NCBI GenBank assembly: GCA_951406725.2
Contig: OX597819.1
Location: 56,172,001 to 56,236,000, forward strand
From: Octopus vulgaris
Taxonomy: Eukaryota
Length of the DNA: 64,000 nt
Direction of reading: 5' to 3'
Shown here: positions 49,569-63,742 of the stretch, in pieces
Numbering within the stretch: the stretch's first letter is position 1
Layout of the letters: every line of letters starts with the position of its first letter
The notes under the pieces: model-generated
Told to the model about the DNA's origin: nothing
Seen by the model: only the letters and a program-made list of their open reading frames with translations
The model's database searches: none
Program-made: the position numbers and the translations under genes

Positions 49569-50630
49569 CTATTTATCCTACATTATACCAGTACAACTTG
49601 ATGCAACCTCCAAAAGTTGGTTCACCAGTCGGCATCATTAGACTGTGGCCGGCATAAAGAAATAGGAGCTTTATTTGCATATTCAAAACGTTATATATAT
49701 ATATATAAATATATTCTCACGTGTATATGTACATATGTACTATAATATAATATATAATAGCATACACGTACATATACGCACACACATAAGCGTCTGTGTG
49801 TATGCGTGTTACTAATACTTTGGTTTGATCTCTGGTCTTGAAAATAACTTCCTCCTTTCCTCTCACTAATCTCAAAGATTCTGTAAAAATTGTTATGGCC
49901 GCTGGCCTACTTTCTCTGACTAAACGATAAATTTATAACGATAAATTTATAGAGAGGAGAGAAAATGAAAAAATATAAAATTAAGTACCGGAGATTTTAG
50001 AAGATGTAGTGAAAGAATTGGTACGAAAAAGACCAGTAAAATGCACAATAAAAAAAAAGAAGAGTTTAAATAAAAACTGGAAACACCTCAAGACCTTCCC
50101 TGCTGAATAGAAAATAAAACGACAAAATATACGAAGAGAATATATTGAAATAACCGGCAGTCGTACATAAAGATAAAAAAAAGTACCATCTTTAAGCAAG
50201 AACAAAAATATCTTACAACAGAGAAAGAAATTAGAAAGCAAATATAAAAGAATAAATAAATACTTAATAGAAATGAAATAAAAAAAAAGCGCCAAAAAAC
50301 TATGAAAATGATGGAATGCAAAGAGCTATAGAATAAAGAGAAAGAAAAGCAATGTAGCGTTTATTAATATTTTAAAGCCATAAATTATATTTATTATGCA
50401 ACAAATCAATATTCTCGACTACCACGAAGACTCTTAAAGTAAAAATAAGAGCACATAAAAAAATCAAATTCCTATACACTTTACCGCCAAAGTATCAATT
50501 TGAACATCGATGATTATAATGTTGTGTAGACTCTATGATTCAGTCGTCATTCCTGTCCATGAGATGGTGGTGGTGGTGGTGGTGATGGCTTCGTGGGATT
50601 TGCAAAATTGTGTCTGCATGTGTATGCACG

Positions 50631-50666
<36 letters not shown>

Positions 50667-51035
50667 TGTATGTATGTATGTATGTATGTATGTATGTATG
50701 TGTGTATGTATGTATGTGTGTATGTGTGTATGTGTGTATGTGTGTATGTATGTATGTATGTGTGTATGTAAACTTGTACATTTAAATGCTTTTTGTTGAA
50801 AATTTTTTTTTAAGCAGAAGTAAAAAAGAACTGTGGAAATCTAGAATTTGATTTTTTTTATAAATAAATTTTACGTTATTGGAAATAATTCTTTTTCATT
50901 CGTAGTTTTTTTTTAAGGAATATGTAAGTCTGACTGGCATAATTCCGTGGTTGAAGAGTTTTGCAGTTTAAAATATGGTTTGCTAATAGAATATAAAAAA
51001 ATATTAAGGTATACAGTTAGTTATAGCTGATCTGT

Positions 51036-51067
<32 letters not shown>

Positions 51068-51251
51068 GACTCACATGAAAAAACAAATGAACTGCTGAAC
51101 AAAATGGTTATAAATAACTGGATAACTAGATAAAAATAGATTGAGGGCTATATGGATTCCTTCTATTTTTCATTTAATTTTATTGCGACTTAGTTTCTCT
51201 CCTTTGAAAATTTAATGGGCATTGATATTTATAGCAAAATTTCTTGAGTTG

Positions 51252-51343
<92 letters not shown>

Positions 51344-52086
51344 GTCCAACAATTTCCGACCTGTGGGCTTATGTCGAACAACTGCTGTCACGTGTGGGAT
51401 GTGTCGGTTTATCAGCTGAGTCTATCGTCAATATTGTCACGCCTCCTTCCTTCAAACAGGAAGGAAGAGCTATTTTCATCATCCTTGTGGCTATGGCGAA
51501 AGAATGTATCTGGTGGACGCGTCTGAAAGGATTGGAGACAAACACTTCCCTCTCTGGTCAATCTCTCATCAACTTCTTCAAGTACCACTTGAAAAGGAAA
51601 GTGAGAGTAGAGAGGCAAGTTTTGTCTAGCGAATGTTTTAAAAAAAGATGGGTGAATGTAGCAAGAATGGCACGTATGAATGACGAAGCCACCTTGAGCA
51701 TAGTCCTATGAACCCAGAAATCGAAAACAGAGAGTTGCTTATTTGCAAAAAAAAAAAAAAAAAAAAAAAAAATAAAATGTGACTTCATTGACCGAGGTTA
51801 CCGTGGTCTTTTCCGTAGGCTTTTCTTTCCACGGGTAAACCTCACCTGTCCTCCCCTTTACACTTCATATTGACATTTCTGTGATAACGATCCCTATTGA
51901 TCAATTTTTTTCCTCCCCCCTTTTTTTTAACCCCCTTTTTTTTGTCCTCTTTCTCTCCTTTTACGATCCCTTTTGATCGAAACTCCCCCTTCCTTTTTTT
52001 TTTTTTTTTTTTAACCTTCAAAAGAAAAGCTCTACCTTGTAATTTGTTCTATCTGTGTGCAGCCCTGTGTGGCTAATAAAGAAACA
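51344..52086 (+). mobile_element. 3' end of an L1/Tx1-type LINE inserted in (TATC)n
   Basis: LVAMAKECIWWTR...FKKRW C-terminus (stop at 51711), pyrimidine-rich UTR, AATAAA at 52075-52080, TATC repeats on both sides. Confidence 0.75.
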
Positions 52087-52636
52087 TATCTATCTATCTA
52101 TCCATCTATCCAACGCCAGTTTTAACCCAGATTGCAGAATAGCAGGGCTCAGTCTCCTACTGCAGCATACTGCAAATATAGGTGAACATTTGAACATAAA
52201 ACTTCTTTTTCAAATGCTTAGTTAAGTTGTGAAGGTTATGGTAACAATTTAAAGCATTATCCAAATGTCAGGTCTTCTTTTGACGACGTGAGCTGTTATA
52301 ATAGATGGGTAGTGTCTGAAATTTGTAGATGTATACCTCAGAATGAAAATTCAGTCGAGTGAACGGCATTAAATATGAACTTAAGCCAAGCATTTAAATA
52401 TTATTGTTACGTACCCTGCGAAATTGCAAATGACACGGAAGCCGGATACGTTTTCCTAGCAATTCAAGTCTTATTGTTTTAGAGCAACATTATATAATGG
52501 CTTTTGACGCTAAAAATGAAGTTAAGTCAGTTCTTCACTGGTTTCAAGTTTTGGCAAAGGCCAGCATATTCAGGGAAGGGTTTACGCCGTTCACATAGCT
52601 TTTTTTAATAAATGAATTAACAATACATATGCTTTT

Positions 52637-52677
<41 letters not shown>

Positions 52678-52772
52678 TGTATATACATATATATAGTACA
52701 TATATTGTGTTATATATATATATATATATATATACATATATATACATATATATATACTATATATACTATATA

Positions 52773-52816
<44 letters not shown>

Positions 52817-52854
52817 TATATATGCTGTCTATATATACTATATATATATATATA

Positions 52855-52937
<83 letters not shown>

Positions 52938-53082
52938 GGGAATAGATCCAAACTTACAGGGAAAATTAGATTTAGGATTAAATCTAATTTCACAGTATAA
53001 ATATAAATTAAATTAGAGATAAAAACCACAGTGAAAACAGTGAAAAACATGAACCAAAACATTTTTATGTTTTGGTTTATGT

Positions 53083-53221
53083 TCGGCAAAAGAGACCGAT
53101 AGAATAAGTACTGGGTTTACAAAGAATAAGTCCCGGGGTCGATTTCCTCGTCTAAAGGCGGTGCTCCAGCATGGCTGCAGTCAAATGACTGAAACAAGTA
53201 AAAGAGTAAAAGAGTAAAAGA

Positions 53222-53223
<2 letters not shown>
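53083..53223 (+). mobile_element. SINE family B, 3' part
   Basis: ttcggcaaaagagaccgatagaataagtactggg...(gtaaaaga)3. Confidence 0.9.
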
Positions 53224-53260
<37 letters not shown>

Positions 53261-53799
53261 AACTATATATACATATAGTATATATACATATATACTATAT
53301 ATACTGTATATATATATACTGTATGTTTATTACCCTGATATTATTAATTGGTAGATTCTTTCGAAGATTTTGCCGGCATTTTCCTGCTGCCCACAAAAAA
53401 GCCTGCGATTGCGCAGTGGATTTGAAACAAATCAAAATGTTCAAACAATGAGGCACATGCTGGATTGGCCTCGTTGTCTGTATATTTAATCTATGACGTC
53501 CCAGTTGATAAAGACTTTACTTGGTAAATAATAATTTTTATTTACTAAAATAAGTCAGAAACCATGGTCCAGGAATTAGATGGTAAATGTTTTTATTTTT
53601 CATTTCCTTTGAGAATTTATCCCTAATTAGTGATTTGGATTTTAACTGTTCTTTCTAGCGTAAAGGATTCCTATGATGGAAGCCTCTTAATGTGTTTTAA
53701 TGTACGCTGTATTTTATATGAATAATATATAATCTATTGACTAATTTTTTTACACTAAACCACTGGTAGTAACATTTCTAAAATTTTTATTACCCTGAT

Positions 53800-54720
53800 A
53801 TTATTAAATGTTCCAAGACCAGAGCATTGCTCCTAAAATACTTTCTTTTCAATTATAGGCTTTGCTTCGAGCATCTCAGCTTCCATTGAAGAGTCAACTT
53901 GTCAAATTATTCTCCAAAAAGACTTTAAATAATTAGAAGAAAACACTTTACATGGTTTCACTATTAAACGTTCAAAATATCTGCAAAGGTTGTGTGATTA
54001 CTTCGAACCTCCCTTAATGAAATGTGCACTCACCTGGTGAGTACACATTAAAAAAATGGCTATCATTTGTTGATCCACGGACCTTAGCAGAGGAATGATA
54101 CTGGTTGGAAGGAAAGGGACTTAGATAAAATCAAACTAGCTTGGGATTTGATCCATGGTTTGAGGAGAGTGTGCTAGAGCATCGCTTATAATAAGAGTCT
54201 TCACTAGAATAGTCTTCATGAGGTGGACAAGTACAGTGTGGGAAAATACGTTAGTGAATCACATATTAATACGTTTCTGGCAGGCCAGGACCTTAAAAGT
54301 GAAAACTCGCTGAACATCATTCCTGTTCTGGTCAAGGTTCCTGAATGCTTTAGAGTTTTGTAATGGTCTACAAGGAGGATTTATGTACAAATCCTCCAAA
54401 GATGTGGCACAGAAAAGGAAGGGTAGCACATCCTTCATCGAATTATGTCTTGGTAACCCGGTCTCCTCCTGTGTAGGACCTCTTAGCCTTCACCCGTTAC
54501 AGCCACATTGCAGTTAAAAATCGGCTGAAAAATAGAAATTAACCTTCTTCACAGCTTGCTAAGTTTGTACTGTACTGTACATTGTTTGCAATAACTTTGA
54601 GTTGTCAGTTTGCCATACCTTACACATCTATGGTCAGCCAATCATCCTTTGATGGCTTTAAGTTCTACTAACTTTGCCTCCCCTTTAGCGCTGGTTCTAG
54701 GAGAATATTTATAAACCATT
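53800..54720 (-). pseudogene. Ancient Tigger/pogo DDE transposase relic
   Basis: Minus strand LKAIKG*L (=FKASxGWL), KTLIISDALAHSP (=LLxDNAxAHP), FLPTSIIPLLRSVDQQMI (=FLPPNTTSLLQPMDQGII). Confidence 0.6.
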
Positions 54721-55006
54721 CATTATGACACTTAATTTTTTTCATAAAAAGAATACTTCACTCATTGAATCAACAGTTAAAAGCCTTCTTTTGATTCATA
54801 CTTGTTACTCGTAAAATATATTACTTCACATTAGTATGCAAGGCACCAGTATCATGAAACCTACATTTATCTTTGGGTAGCGATTCATTTTTTACTTTAG
54901 ATTTTAATTCATTATAGTTGAATGGAAATCTTTCGTTGCCAAATTAATGGAAACACGTCCGATATCGCGACTTTTGTCACTCCAGTTACTCGTTGACAGT
55001 AGCTAA

Positions 55007-55074
<68 letters not shown>

Positions 55075-55549
55075 ATATATATATATATGCATACACACAT
55101 GCATACACGCACACGCACATACACGCACGCACACATATATATATACATATGCATGTATGTAATCTAAAGAAAAAGACAAAGAAAGAAAGATTTTAACACA
55201 TTTTTAATATCCATTTACAATGGCTTCTGTACCAACCCTGTTTTCAACGCCAGTTCATGCAAAAGCCCTTTGTGAAAATGTAATATTTGCGTCTTAAAAA
55301 TTAGAGTGCAACATCCCCAAATGCACAAAATAAAAACAGGCCTGAAGATCTGAAGAAGTGCCACCCCAATGTCTAAAACAGTAAATATTACGAAAATTTG
55401 CGTGAACTGGAGTTGAAAGCAGATTGTATTTGGTGATTTCTTTTTGAATTATATTTTACTTTTCACTAAACCAACAAGACAGTTTTAACTTTGTGAAATC
55501 TGGATTTTCTACACCTGAAGAGTATTCAGTTTTCTTTTCGTTTTTCTTT

Positions 55550-55944
55550 TCTACTCTTGTTACAAGGCCCGAAAATTTGAGGGAAAGGGTGAGTTGATTA
55601 GGTCTACCCAAGTGCGTAACTGGTACTCATTTAATCGACCCCGAAAGGATGAAAGGCAAAGTCGACCACAGCGGAATTTGAACTCAGAACGTAGCGGCAG
55701 ATGAAATAACTATTTCTTTACTACCCACAAGGGGGTAAGCACAGAGGGGACAAACAAGGACAGACAAACGGATTAAGTCGATTACATCGACCCCAGTGCG
55801 TAACTGGTACTTAATTTATCGACCCCAAAAGGATGAAAGGCAATGTCGACCTCGGCGGAATTTGAACTCAGAACGTAGCGGCAGACGAAATACTGCTAAG
55901 CATTTCGCCCAGCTTGCTGACGTTTCTGCCAGTTCGCTGCCTTA
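55550..55944 (-). mobile_element. SINE family A tandem dimer using both alternative tails
   Basis: Head at 55944, tail 1 at 55712-55775, second core, tail 2 at 55550-55595. Confidence 0.9.
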
Positions 55945-56568
55945 CACCTGAAGAATATTGAAATGTAACTGAAATTCGACAGTGTGGATAAACTAAAGCT
56001 CGATATCAATGCTGCAATGGAAATGACTCACTTTTCTACCTTCTCAGAAGCTTATATATTTTCACCTACCCTCATCATCTATATCTTTGTACATGTCTGT
56101 ATAAGGATCTCGTGATGCTACTATTACTAATAAAAATTTATGAGAATCTCTAAAATTCAATCTGGATACATATGATTCAAGATTATATTAGTTCAGGCAA
56201 TGTATTTGTTTGTATGTTGTAACACAACATCATTTTGGTTATATAAAAGAAAGATGACAGCAATGAATTTGAAACACTTTTCAATCGAGCACCACTTTTG
56301 TTATGTGCTAACATTTATCAATGTATGTAAGTAAATAAAGAAAATTAAGAAACTAGTTCCGTTTAACAATCCTAAATTTAAACAAGTTTCTATCACACAT
56401 ATAATTTTGATTGAGAAATAGAATTTAATATAGCTTATAAGAAGTTTACATCAACCACATAGAAGTACTAACATGAAAGCAAGTCTTTACAATTTAAGTA
56501 TCATGAAATTGTTTACAAAAGTAGCTTCAAACGACATTTGAGGATTGTTCGTTGTGAGAGAGAGAGTT

Positions 56569-56610
<42 letters not shown>

Positions 56611-57143
56611 AGAGTGAGAGAGAGAGTGAAAGAAAGATAAAGAGCGAAAGGGAGGGAAGGATAGAAGGAGATGAAAAGGGAGAATAAAAGTGAAAGGTAG
56701 ATAGATAGATAGAGAAAGAGAAAAGAGATAGCTAGATGAAGAGAGAGACAGAAAGAAAGACAGAGAAAGAGAGAGAAGAAGAAGAAGAAGACGAAGAAGA
56801 AGAAAATGAAGAAGAAGAAGAAACATTTTACTTATGAAGGAGCAAAGTTTCGGTTTCAATAATACACTCGATTAGTTTGTAAGGTTTATTTGTAAATGTT
56901 ACGAAATCATGTAAAGAAATGAAATTCGAGTTCCCTTTAAGCTGTCAACAGGATAAATCTATTGCCATGATGCATCAGCCACACGAACTCCGATAGTATG
57001 CAAAATCGATGGATTGATCATGGTGGTTGTAGATGTGTTATTTTCAAGTTCCACCACTATATAAGTCTGTTATTGGTGTTTGATTGTATTTGTGTTCAAC
57101 CAGTTTTGATTGTGATAAGAATAGGGATCACAAGTTGTTTTGA

Positions 57144-57205
<62 letters not shown>

Positions 57206-57677
57206 AAGAAAGAGAAAGCAACCAGCAGCTGACTGTTGTTGTTGTTGTTAGTATAGTGGTGTTTTTTCATATCTCAATATCTCGGCAATGATGCTTTGTG
57301 GATATAACTGTTTTTTTTTAAAAGAAATTTGATAATAGTGTGGATTGTTTTAGCTTAGATTCTGTAAATGATACTACAAGAGCTTCGATGTTTATTCAAG
57401 TATAGTTCTATGTGAAGATCTGATATCTTTGGTGAACACTCCTTCACCTATACACTCAAAAGTGTAAACACGCATCTCACGGACAAACTTCTATTACATC
57501 ATCCACTTATACATGATCCGAGGAGTGTCTCTATTTGGTGTTTGCTTGATCTATGAGAAAGAATAGCCAAATATCCCTAAAGTACACCTTTTGATTGTCT
57601 GAGAAAAAAATCCCTGAGGATAAATTGGATATTATAGTCCTAGATATACTTTTAAAGCGAATTCATGGCCCCCGTTA

Positions 57678-58060
57678 AAAAGTCATACAAATACTAGAAC
57701 TGGGCGCCACTGCATTGTGCCAAGGACTCCAAATTTGCCATGAAGATGTAGGACAAGATACTGCAATAGCCTGGGCTTTAGAGGTCCGTTTCTCTTCAAT
57801 ATCCTCCCGAAGGACCTGAGAGACATGACGGGGTGGATGTAGGTGTTTTCAAAATAAAGCTGGACCTCTTCCTGTCAGGTGTCCCAGATGAACCAGCTTC
57901 GCGGCAGGTGTGCAGATGAGGGCAGCTGCATCAAACTCTATCATGCACCAAATGTCAATTGCTAAAAAGCATTTGTGAAGTAAAATTATGTAGCAACACC
58001 AAATGGCGGTGCCCCAGCATGGTCACAGCTCGTGAGCTGAAAGTAGATGAAAGAAAAAAC
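57678..58060 (+). mobile_element. CR1-group LINE 3' end (ORF2 C-terminus + 3' UTR)
   Basis: RTGRHCIVP...NSLGFRGPFLFNILPKDLR...VFKIKLDLFLSGVPDEP...RAAASNS; tail ggcggtgccccagcatgg. Confidence 0.8.
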
Positions 58061-58984
58061 GTCTGCCCAATCATCGCTGATTGGATTAAATAAGCAGCAG
58101 CACCAAAAAGAACTACCCTCTCATACATACACATTATAAAAAAAAAAGCATATATCAGTGCTATGTTCCAGTGTGACGAAAAATACATCCATGATAGTAA
58201 GTACACGAAATGTTTCGGTTGAAATTGGTTTGTTTTTTTCTTTTCTTTAATCAACGGAATGAATTTGAAATATAAATATTTTCCTTATACATTAGCCCGA
58301 AGAAATAGTCTTATCTATTTAGAATTACCTGACCTTTTCATGTCTCTCAATCACATTATACCCATTCTATCTCTGTCTCTGTCTGTCTCTCTCAATCTTT
58401 ACATATGTTTGTTATCTCCCTTCTCCTTCTTTTAATTACTTGAATTTCTCTTTCAAATAAGGAACACGTTTCTGAATCAAGAAAGAAATCGCCGGTATTT
58501 TAATGATAACAACAGTGAAGAGTTACATTGCATAATTTTTATTGTTTCGCTTACAGAATGTAGTTGAAAGATACATTTGAAAAATACATGTCAGTCTCTT
58601 AGTTTGGCTGAAACCCCCAGCATTTTGAGATTACTGCTTAGTTGTTTAAAATATAGTCAAACGTACCAATAACTGTAGGCACAGATAGGAATTTATAAAC
58701 TGAGTAGAGAAACTGTCTCTTTCGAAGCAGTTGTCAATAATTTCTTTGCTATTAAATTTTAAAGAGACAACCACATCTATACACCTGTAGAAATCAAGCC
58801 AGTTATCTTTGTATTTGGCAGAAGATTCGATGGCAACGCTTCTCTCGTATTCTTTGTGTTGAAACGCATAAATATAACAACTGAAATATTTTCTATATTT
58901 ATCCCAGAATAGTCTTTCCTACAGATGGCGCTCTATATTGTTTTAAGGAAAAACACGAAGCTGCATTATATGCAGTGTCTTAAC

Positions 58985-59240
58985 CCTTCCTACTAGAGGC
59001 ACAATGCTTGAAATTTTGGGTGAGGGGGATCAGTCGATTAGATCAGCTCCAGTACGCAGCTGGTACTTAATTTATCGACCCCGAAAGGATGAAAGGCAAA
59101 GTCGACCTCGGCAGAATTTGGACTCAGAACGTAGCGACGGGCGAAATACTGCTAAGAATTTCGTCGAGTGTGCTACTAAAGGCACAAGGCTTGGATTTTG
59201 TGGGGAGGGTAAGTCGATTACATCGACCCCAGTACTCATA
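58985..59240 (-). mobile_element. SINE family A plus a partial second copy
   Basis: Reverse match to the family A core and tail 2. Confidence 0.85.
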
Positions 59241-59319
59241 TTTCATATTTCCGAGCGTCAAACTAGGACATCTGCTTGTTGTTCATACAACTGTCTTCGT
59301 CTTTTTTCCATAAATTTCA

Positions 59320-59450
<131 letters not shown>

Positions 59451-59489
59451 GCCTGTCTGAATGTCTGTCTGCCTGCCTGTCTTGACATA

Positions 59490-59724
59490 AGAATCACAGA
59501 TGGTGAAATTTTGGAATGTCTTACAGGTCTTCACTGAGCTATTAATAGATTGGATTTGGTGATCTGCGTTAGTTTATTTTGCTCCTTTTCCCTGTAACCG
59601 AGTATTTCTAGCTTTTTTGTGTAAACTTGTTGGTACATAACCTAATGCACCTATGATGATAGGTACAAATGAGGATTCACAGTGAGGGTACAAGAGCTGC
59701 AAGTACGGCATTAATTCGCCATAC
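59490..59724 (-). mobile_element. R4/Dong-type LINE RLE C-terminus, copy 1
   Basis: YGELMPYLQLLYPHCESSFVPIIIGALGYVP...QIQSINSSVKTCKTFQNF. Confidence 0.8.
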
Positions 59725-59783
<59 letters not shown>

Positions 59784-59789
59784 TTACTA

Positions 59790-60200
59790 GTTCTGGTTTA
59801 TCCTAGTAGCTATTGAGGCACTGGAATATGTAACACACTGGCTAAACGCAGCTCCTCAAAACCAGAAAGTAGAAAGCTGATACGAAGTCTACAGATCCAA
59901 GCCATCACTGGGACTGTAAAAATCTGTAAAACTTTCCAGGAGTTTATTTAAGTATATATGAGCATGTCTAGTCATGCAACTATATGCATGAGAATACATA
60001 CATAAAATAAAACATACAAATCTGCACACAGGCATACATACATGCATACATACATACGTATATACATATATACATACATACTTTCATACAAAATACCTTG
60101 TTGATGCTGAAATTCTAAAGAAGTCTTGGATCTAGGTTAGAAACCGATTCCTTCTCAACTGGCAAGAAATCTTGAAATAAAACTGAATAATGACATACAT
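59790..60200 (+). mobile_element. R4/Dong-type LINE C-terminus and 3' UTR, copy 2
   Basis: FILVAIEALEYV...RKLIRSLQIQAITGTVKICKTFQ; UTR homologous to 3877-4186. Confidence 0.8.
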
Positions 60201-60309
60201 GCATACATTCATGCATGTATACATACATATGTACACACATACATACATTCGGAAAAAAGACTGTCCTGGAATAAATACAGAGAATTTCCTTGTTATTGAA
60301 TATGTATAC

Positions 60310-60687
60310 AAATATCAATACAGGGAATACTATAGTAGCATTTCTATTAAAACATGTCAAATATAAGCATAACAAGCCGGATATTGTTGACTGGGACAGA
60401 CAAGAAAATGTATGTACCGACATAGAGGTCAGCTGTCCTGCTGATGTAAATATCTCTTTGAAAATCAAACATATTCGAAACCACCAGCTTCTATATCTAG
60501 ATTAAAAATTTACATTTATACCAATAATAATTGGAGTATTTGGTTTTGTAAGTAAATGCCTGACTGCCAGTCTGGATGAGCTTGGATTTTCAGGTAAAGA
60601 AATCATCAGCTGATTAGCTTAATACAAATACAATTTGTAAGCGGAACAGTACAACTATGGAAGATTTTTCTTAGGTTTAAAATGTGA
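60310..60687 (+). mobile_element. R4/Dong-type LINE restriction-like endonuclease domain, copy 3
   Basis: KHNKPDIVDWDRQENVCTDIEVSCPADVN (PD..E motif), FIPIIIGVFGFV, QIQFVSGTVQLWKIFL. Confidence 0.85.
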
Positions 60688-61711
60688 CATTGCTTTTGTT
60701 ATCTAGAAAGCAGCTGCATCTTTATAGGAAGAATTTAAATGATGAATAATAGAAGAGACATACATATATACGTAGATGGATAGATAGATAGATAGATAGA
60801 TAAATACATACATACATACGTACATACATACATACATACATACATACATACATACATACATACATGCATATATACATACATATATACGTCGTCTAAAACC
60901 TGTTAATCTTATAGTTTCGTATTCATAAGAAACAAATTCTACTCCTTCGAACACTAACTAAAAGCTCGCACCGTTAGAGTAAATTGGTTAACATATTATA
61001 CATTGATTTCTTTAGCCACACACGAAGCAACTAATCGCTCACACAGATATATAAACCTGCACAAATACACCACATACACACAAACAGTCAAATTACTTAC
61101 AGAAATATACCCATATTACACACATACACACGCACACACATACACAAACACAATTACATACAAACACACACACAATCATATACAAATACACTCACATAGT
61201 TCCTCCCTATCTATTAACGTAACAAATCATTTCAAAATGTCTTCAACACACACGTAAGTTGTAAATCATTATTTCAGCCGGTAAAATCTATTCATAGAAG
61301 GTATATTTATCTTCTAGTTGGAATGTGCCCTCCTTAAATACCATACGAAGACGTGTAGTCGTACCTACTAATTTCTTCGATTAGTTAATTATTTGATTCG
61401 CACATAAGCGAAATAAACTAAATATTAAAATGTCTGTATTTCCTGATCAATTATTGGCACTCATCAATCTTACGAACAGAATGAAGCAGTTGATTTTAGG
61501 AAAGCAAGGGAGAAAATTATATGTGACTTTCATTCTTTTCCTTCGAATAAGTTGGCATTGGTACAAACAAGAAATATGGAAACCGGTTCGCGAACTGGGT
61601 TTTTCCGCCAGTAACGTAGCTTTGGGGTTCAGCATTCACAAATATCTCTCTCTCTCCCTCCCCACTCTCTGTCTCTTTATCTATCTATCTATCTATCTAT
61701 TGATAGAAATG

Positions 61712-61860
<149 letters not shown>

Positions 61861-62124
61861 CCAAAATGTACGTACGACGCAATATGTGTATAAAAAAGGA
61901 ATACAAAAATGGGGCAAGAAAATAAAACACGGACGGGTCATTCGCAGTTTTCTTTCATCAGACGAGTTTCAGATTATCTTTGCAATTTCGGCTGGTTATA
62001 CTCGAGATTGTTCCAATCTGGCCAGCCCCAAGGAAAAACTAAGCTAAGGGCACTAGATTTCTTGTGCAATATATGCAATACATATATGTATGCATGTAAA
62101 TATATATATATATATGTATGCATG

Positions 62125-62173
<49 letters not shown>

Positions 62174-62801
62174 AGTTCGTATGTGATGCAACCAATACAT
62201 ATGCTTTTTCTCCACAAATAGGCAAAGCAGAGGATATTAATAACAATGTGAGTGATAGACGGGTAAGGGATAAGGAGAAAGAAGAAAGAAAGGAATCTGA
62301 CCCAAACGTTATTAATTACCATATTAATTGAGGAAGACTTTGAAGGATAATGGAATAACAATTATGGGGCAAAGTCCTAAGCTAGGAGTGGGAATCATTG
62401 TATAGAAAGAAAAGGAACTGGTACAATTTAACAGAGTTGTAATATTATAGCAATAAGATAAATAAGAAATTAAATACAAGTAGATAATTAAAATATACTT
62501 AAAAATTTAAGACAAACAGAGGCTTGCGATATAAGAGTAACTGGAAAATCAAAATGTATAGTATATAAATAATATTAGGGTAAAAATGAAGATATATAGA
62601 GTTTATAAAAGACATGCTAATAAAATAAAAAAAATGCTATTTGAACATACGCCCCAATTACGGGAGAATGAGGATGAGACATAGTAAATATTAGGTAATT
62701 TAAAATAATTAAAAATATATAAAGGAGTGTATTCATATTCCCCTTGCCTGCTAACCCTAATAATACTTATATAACCAATTTAATCAAATATTATTTAACA
62801 T

Positions 62802-63095
62802 GTGGAGGCGCAATGGCCCAATGGTTAAGGCAGCCGACTCTCGGTCGGAGGATCGCAGTTTCGATTATCAGACCGGGTGTTGTGTGCGTTTATTGAACGA
62901 AAATACCTAAAAAGCTCCACGAGACTACAGCAGAGGGTGGTGGCGACCCCTGTTGTGCTTTTGCGGCACAACTTTCATTCTCTCTTCCTGTTTCCTGAAT
63001 AACGCTGCGATGGACTGGCATCCCGTCCAGCTGGGGGTAACACATACGCCACAGAAACTGGGAAACCGCGCCCATGAGCCTGGGTAGGCTTGAAA
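62802..63095 (+). mobile_element. tRNA-derived SINE, family D (V-domain-like)
   Basis: gtggaggcgcaatggcccaatggttaaggcagccgactc head; ctgcgatggactggcatcccgtccag. Confidence 0.8.
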
Positions 63096-63554
63096 AGGGG
63101 GACGTTTATCGTTTTTTATTCTTTAACATATCGTGCTTATAGTTATCTCTCGAGATTTGACCTGTTATAACCTACAATATGAAATAATTATGCGTTGGTT
63201 TAAATTATGAGTCTGTTATTCATTATTTAAACTTAACTAACCCAATACTGTATCCACCCTATAGATTTTTAAAATGTACTGAAAATTGTAAGAAAAAGAG
63301 AACTTTTAAGATATAAGAGTAATAGAAAAATTAAAATTTATAGAAATAGACCGCTGAAATCTACAATTTTTTTCATTTTCCCGAGCGTCAAACTAATACA
63401 CTTGTTGTTCATACACCTGTCTTCGTCTTTTGTTTTTCTATAAATTTCAACTATAGATTATTATATATATCTACCTCTTTCCAAAATTAGTTTCTTTTTT
63501 ATATGTTGGATATAAAATATATTCTTATCTTTTATTATTAGTGGATTTATAAGG

Positions 63555-63742
63555 CTGGACGAAATGCTTAGCAGTATTTCGCCTGTCGCTACGTTCTGGG
63601 TTCAAATTCCACCGAGGTTGACTTTAACTTTCATCCTTTTGGGATCGATAAATTAAGTAGTAGTTGAGTACTGGGGTGGATGTAATCGACTGTCCCCTTC
63701 CCCAAATTTCAAGCCTTGTGCTTATAATAGTAAGGATTATTA
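63555..63742 (+). mobile_element. SINE family A with tail 2
   Basis: gaaatgcttagcagtatttcg...ttcaaattccaccgaggttgac...ccttgtgcttataatagtaaggattattat. Confidence 0.85.
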
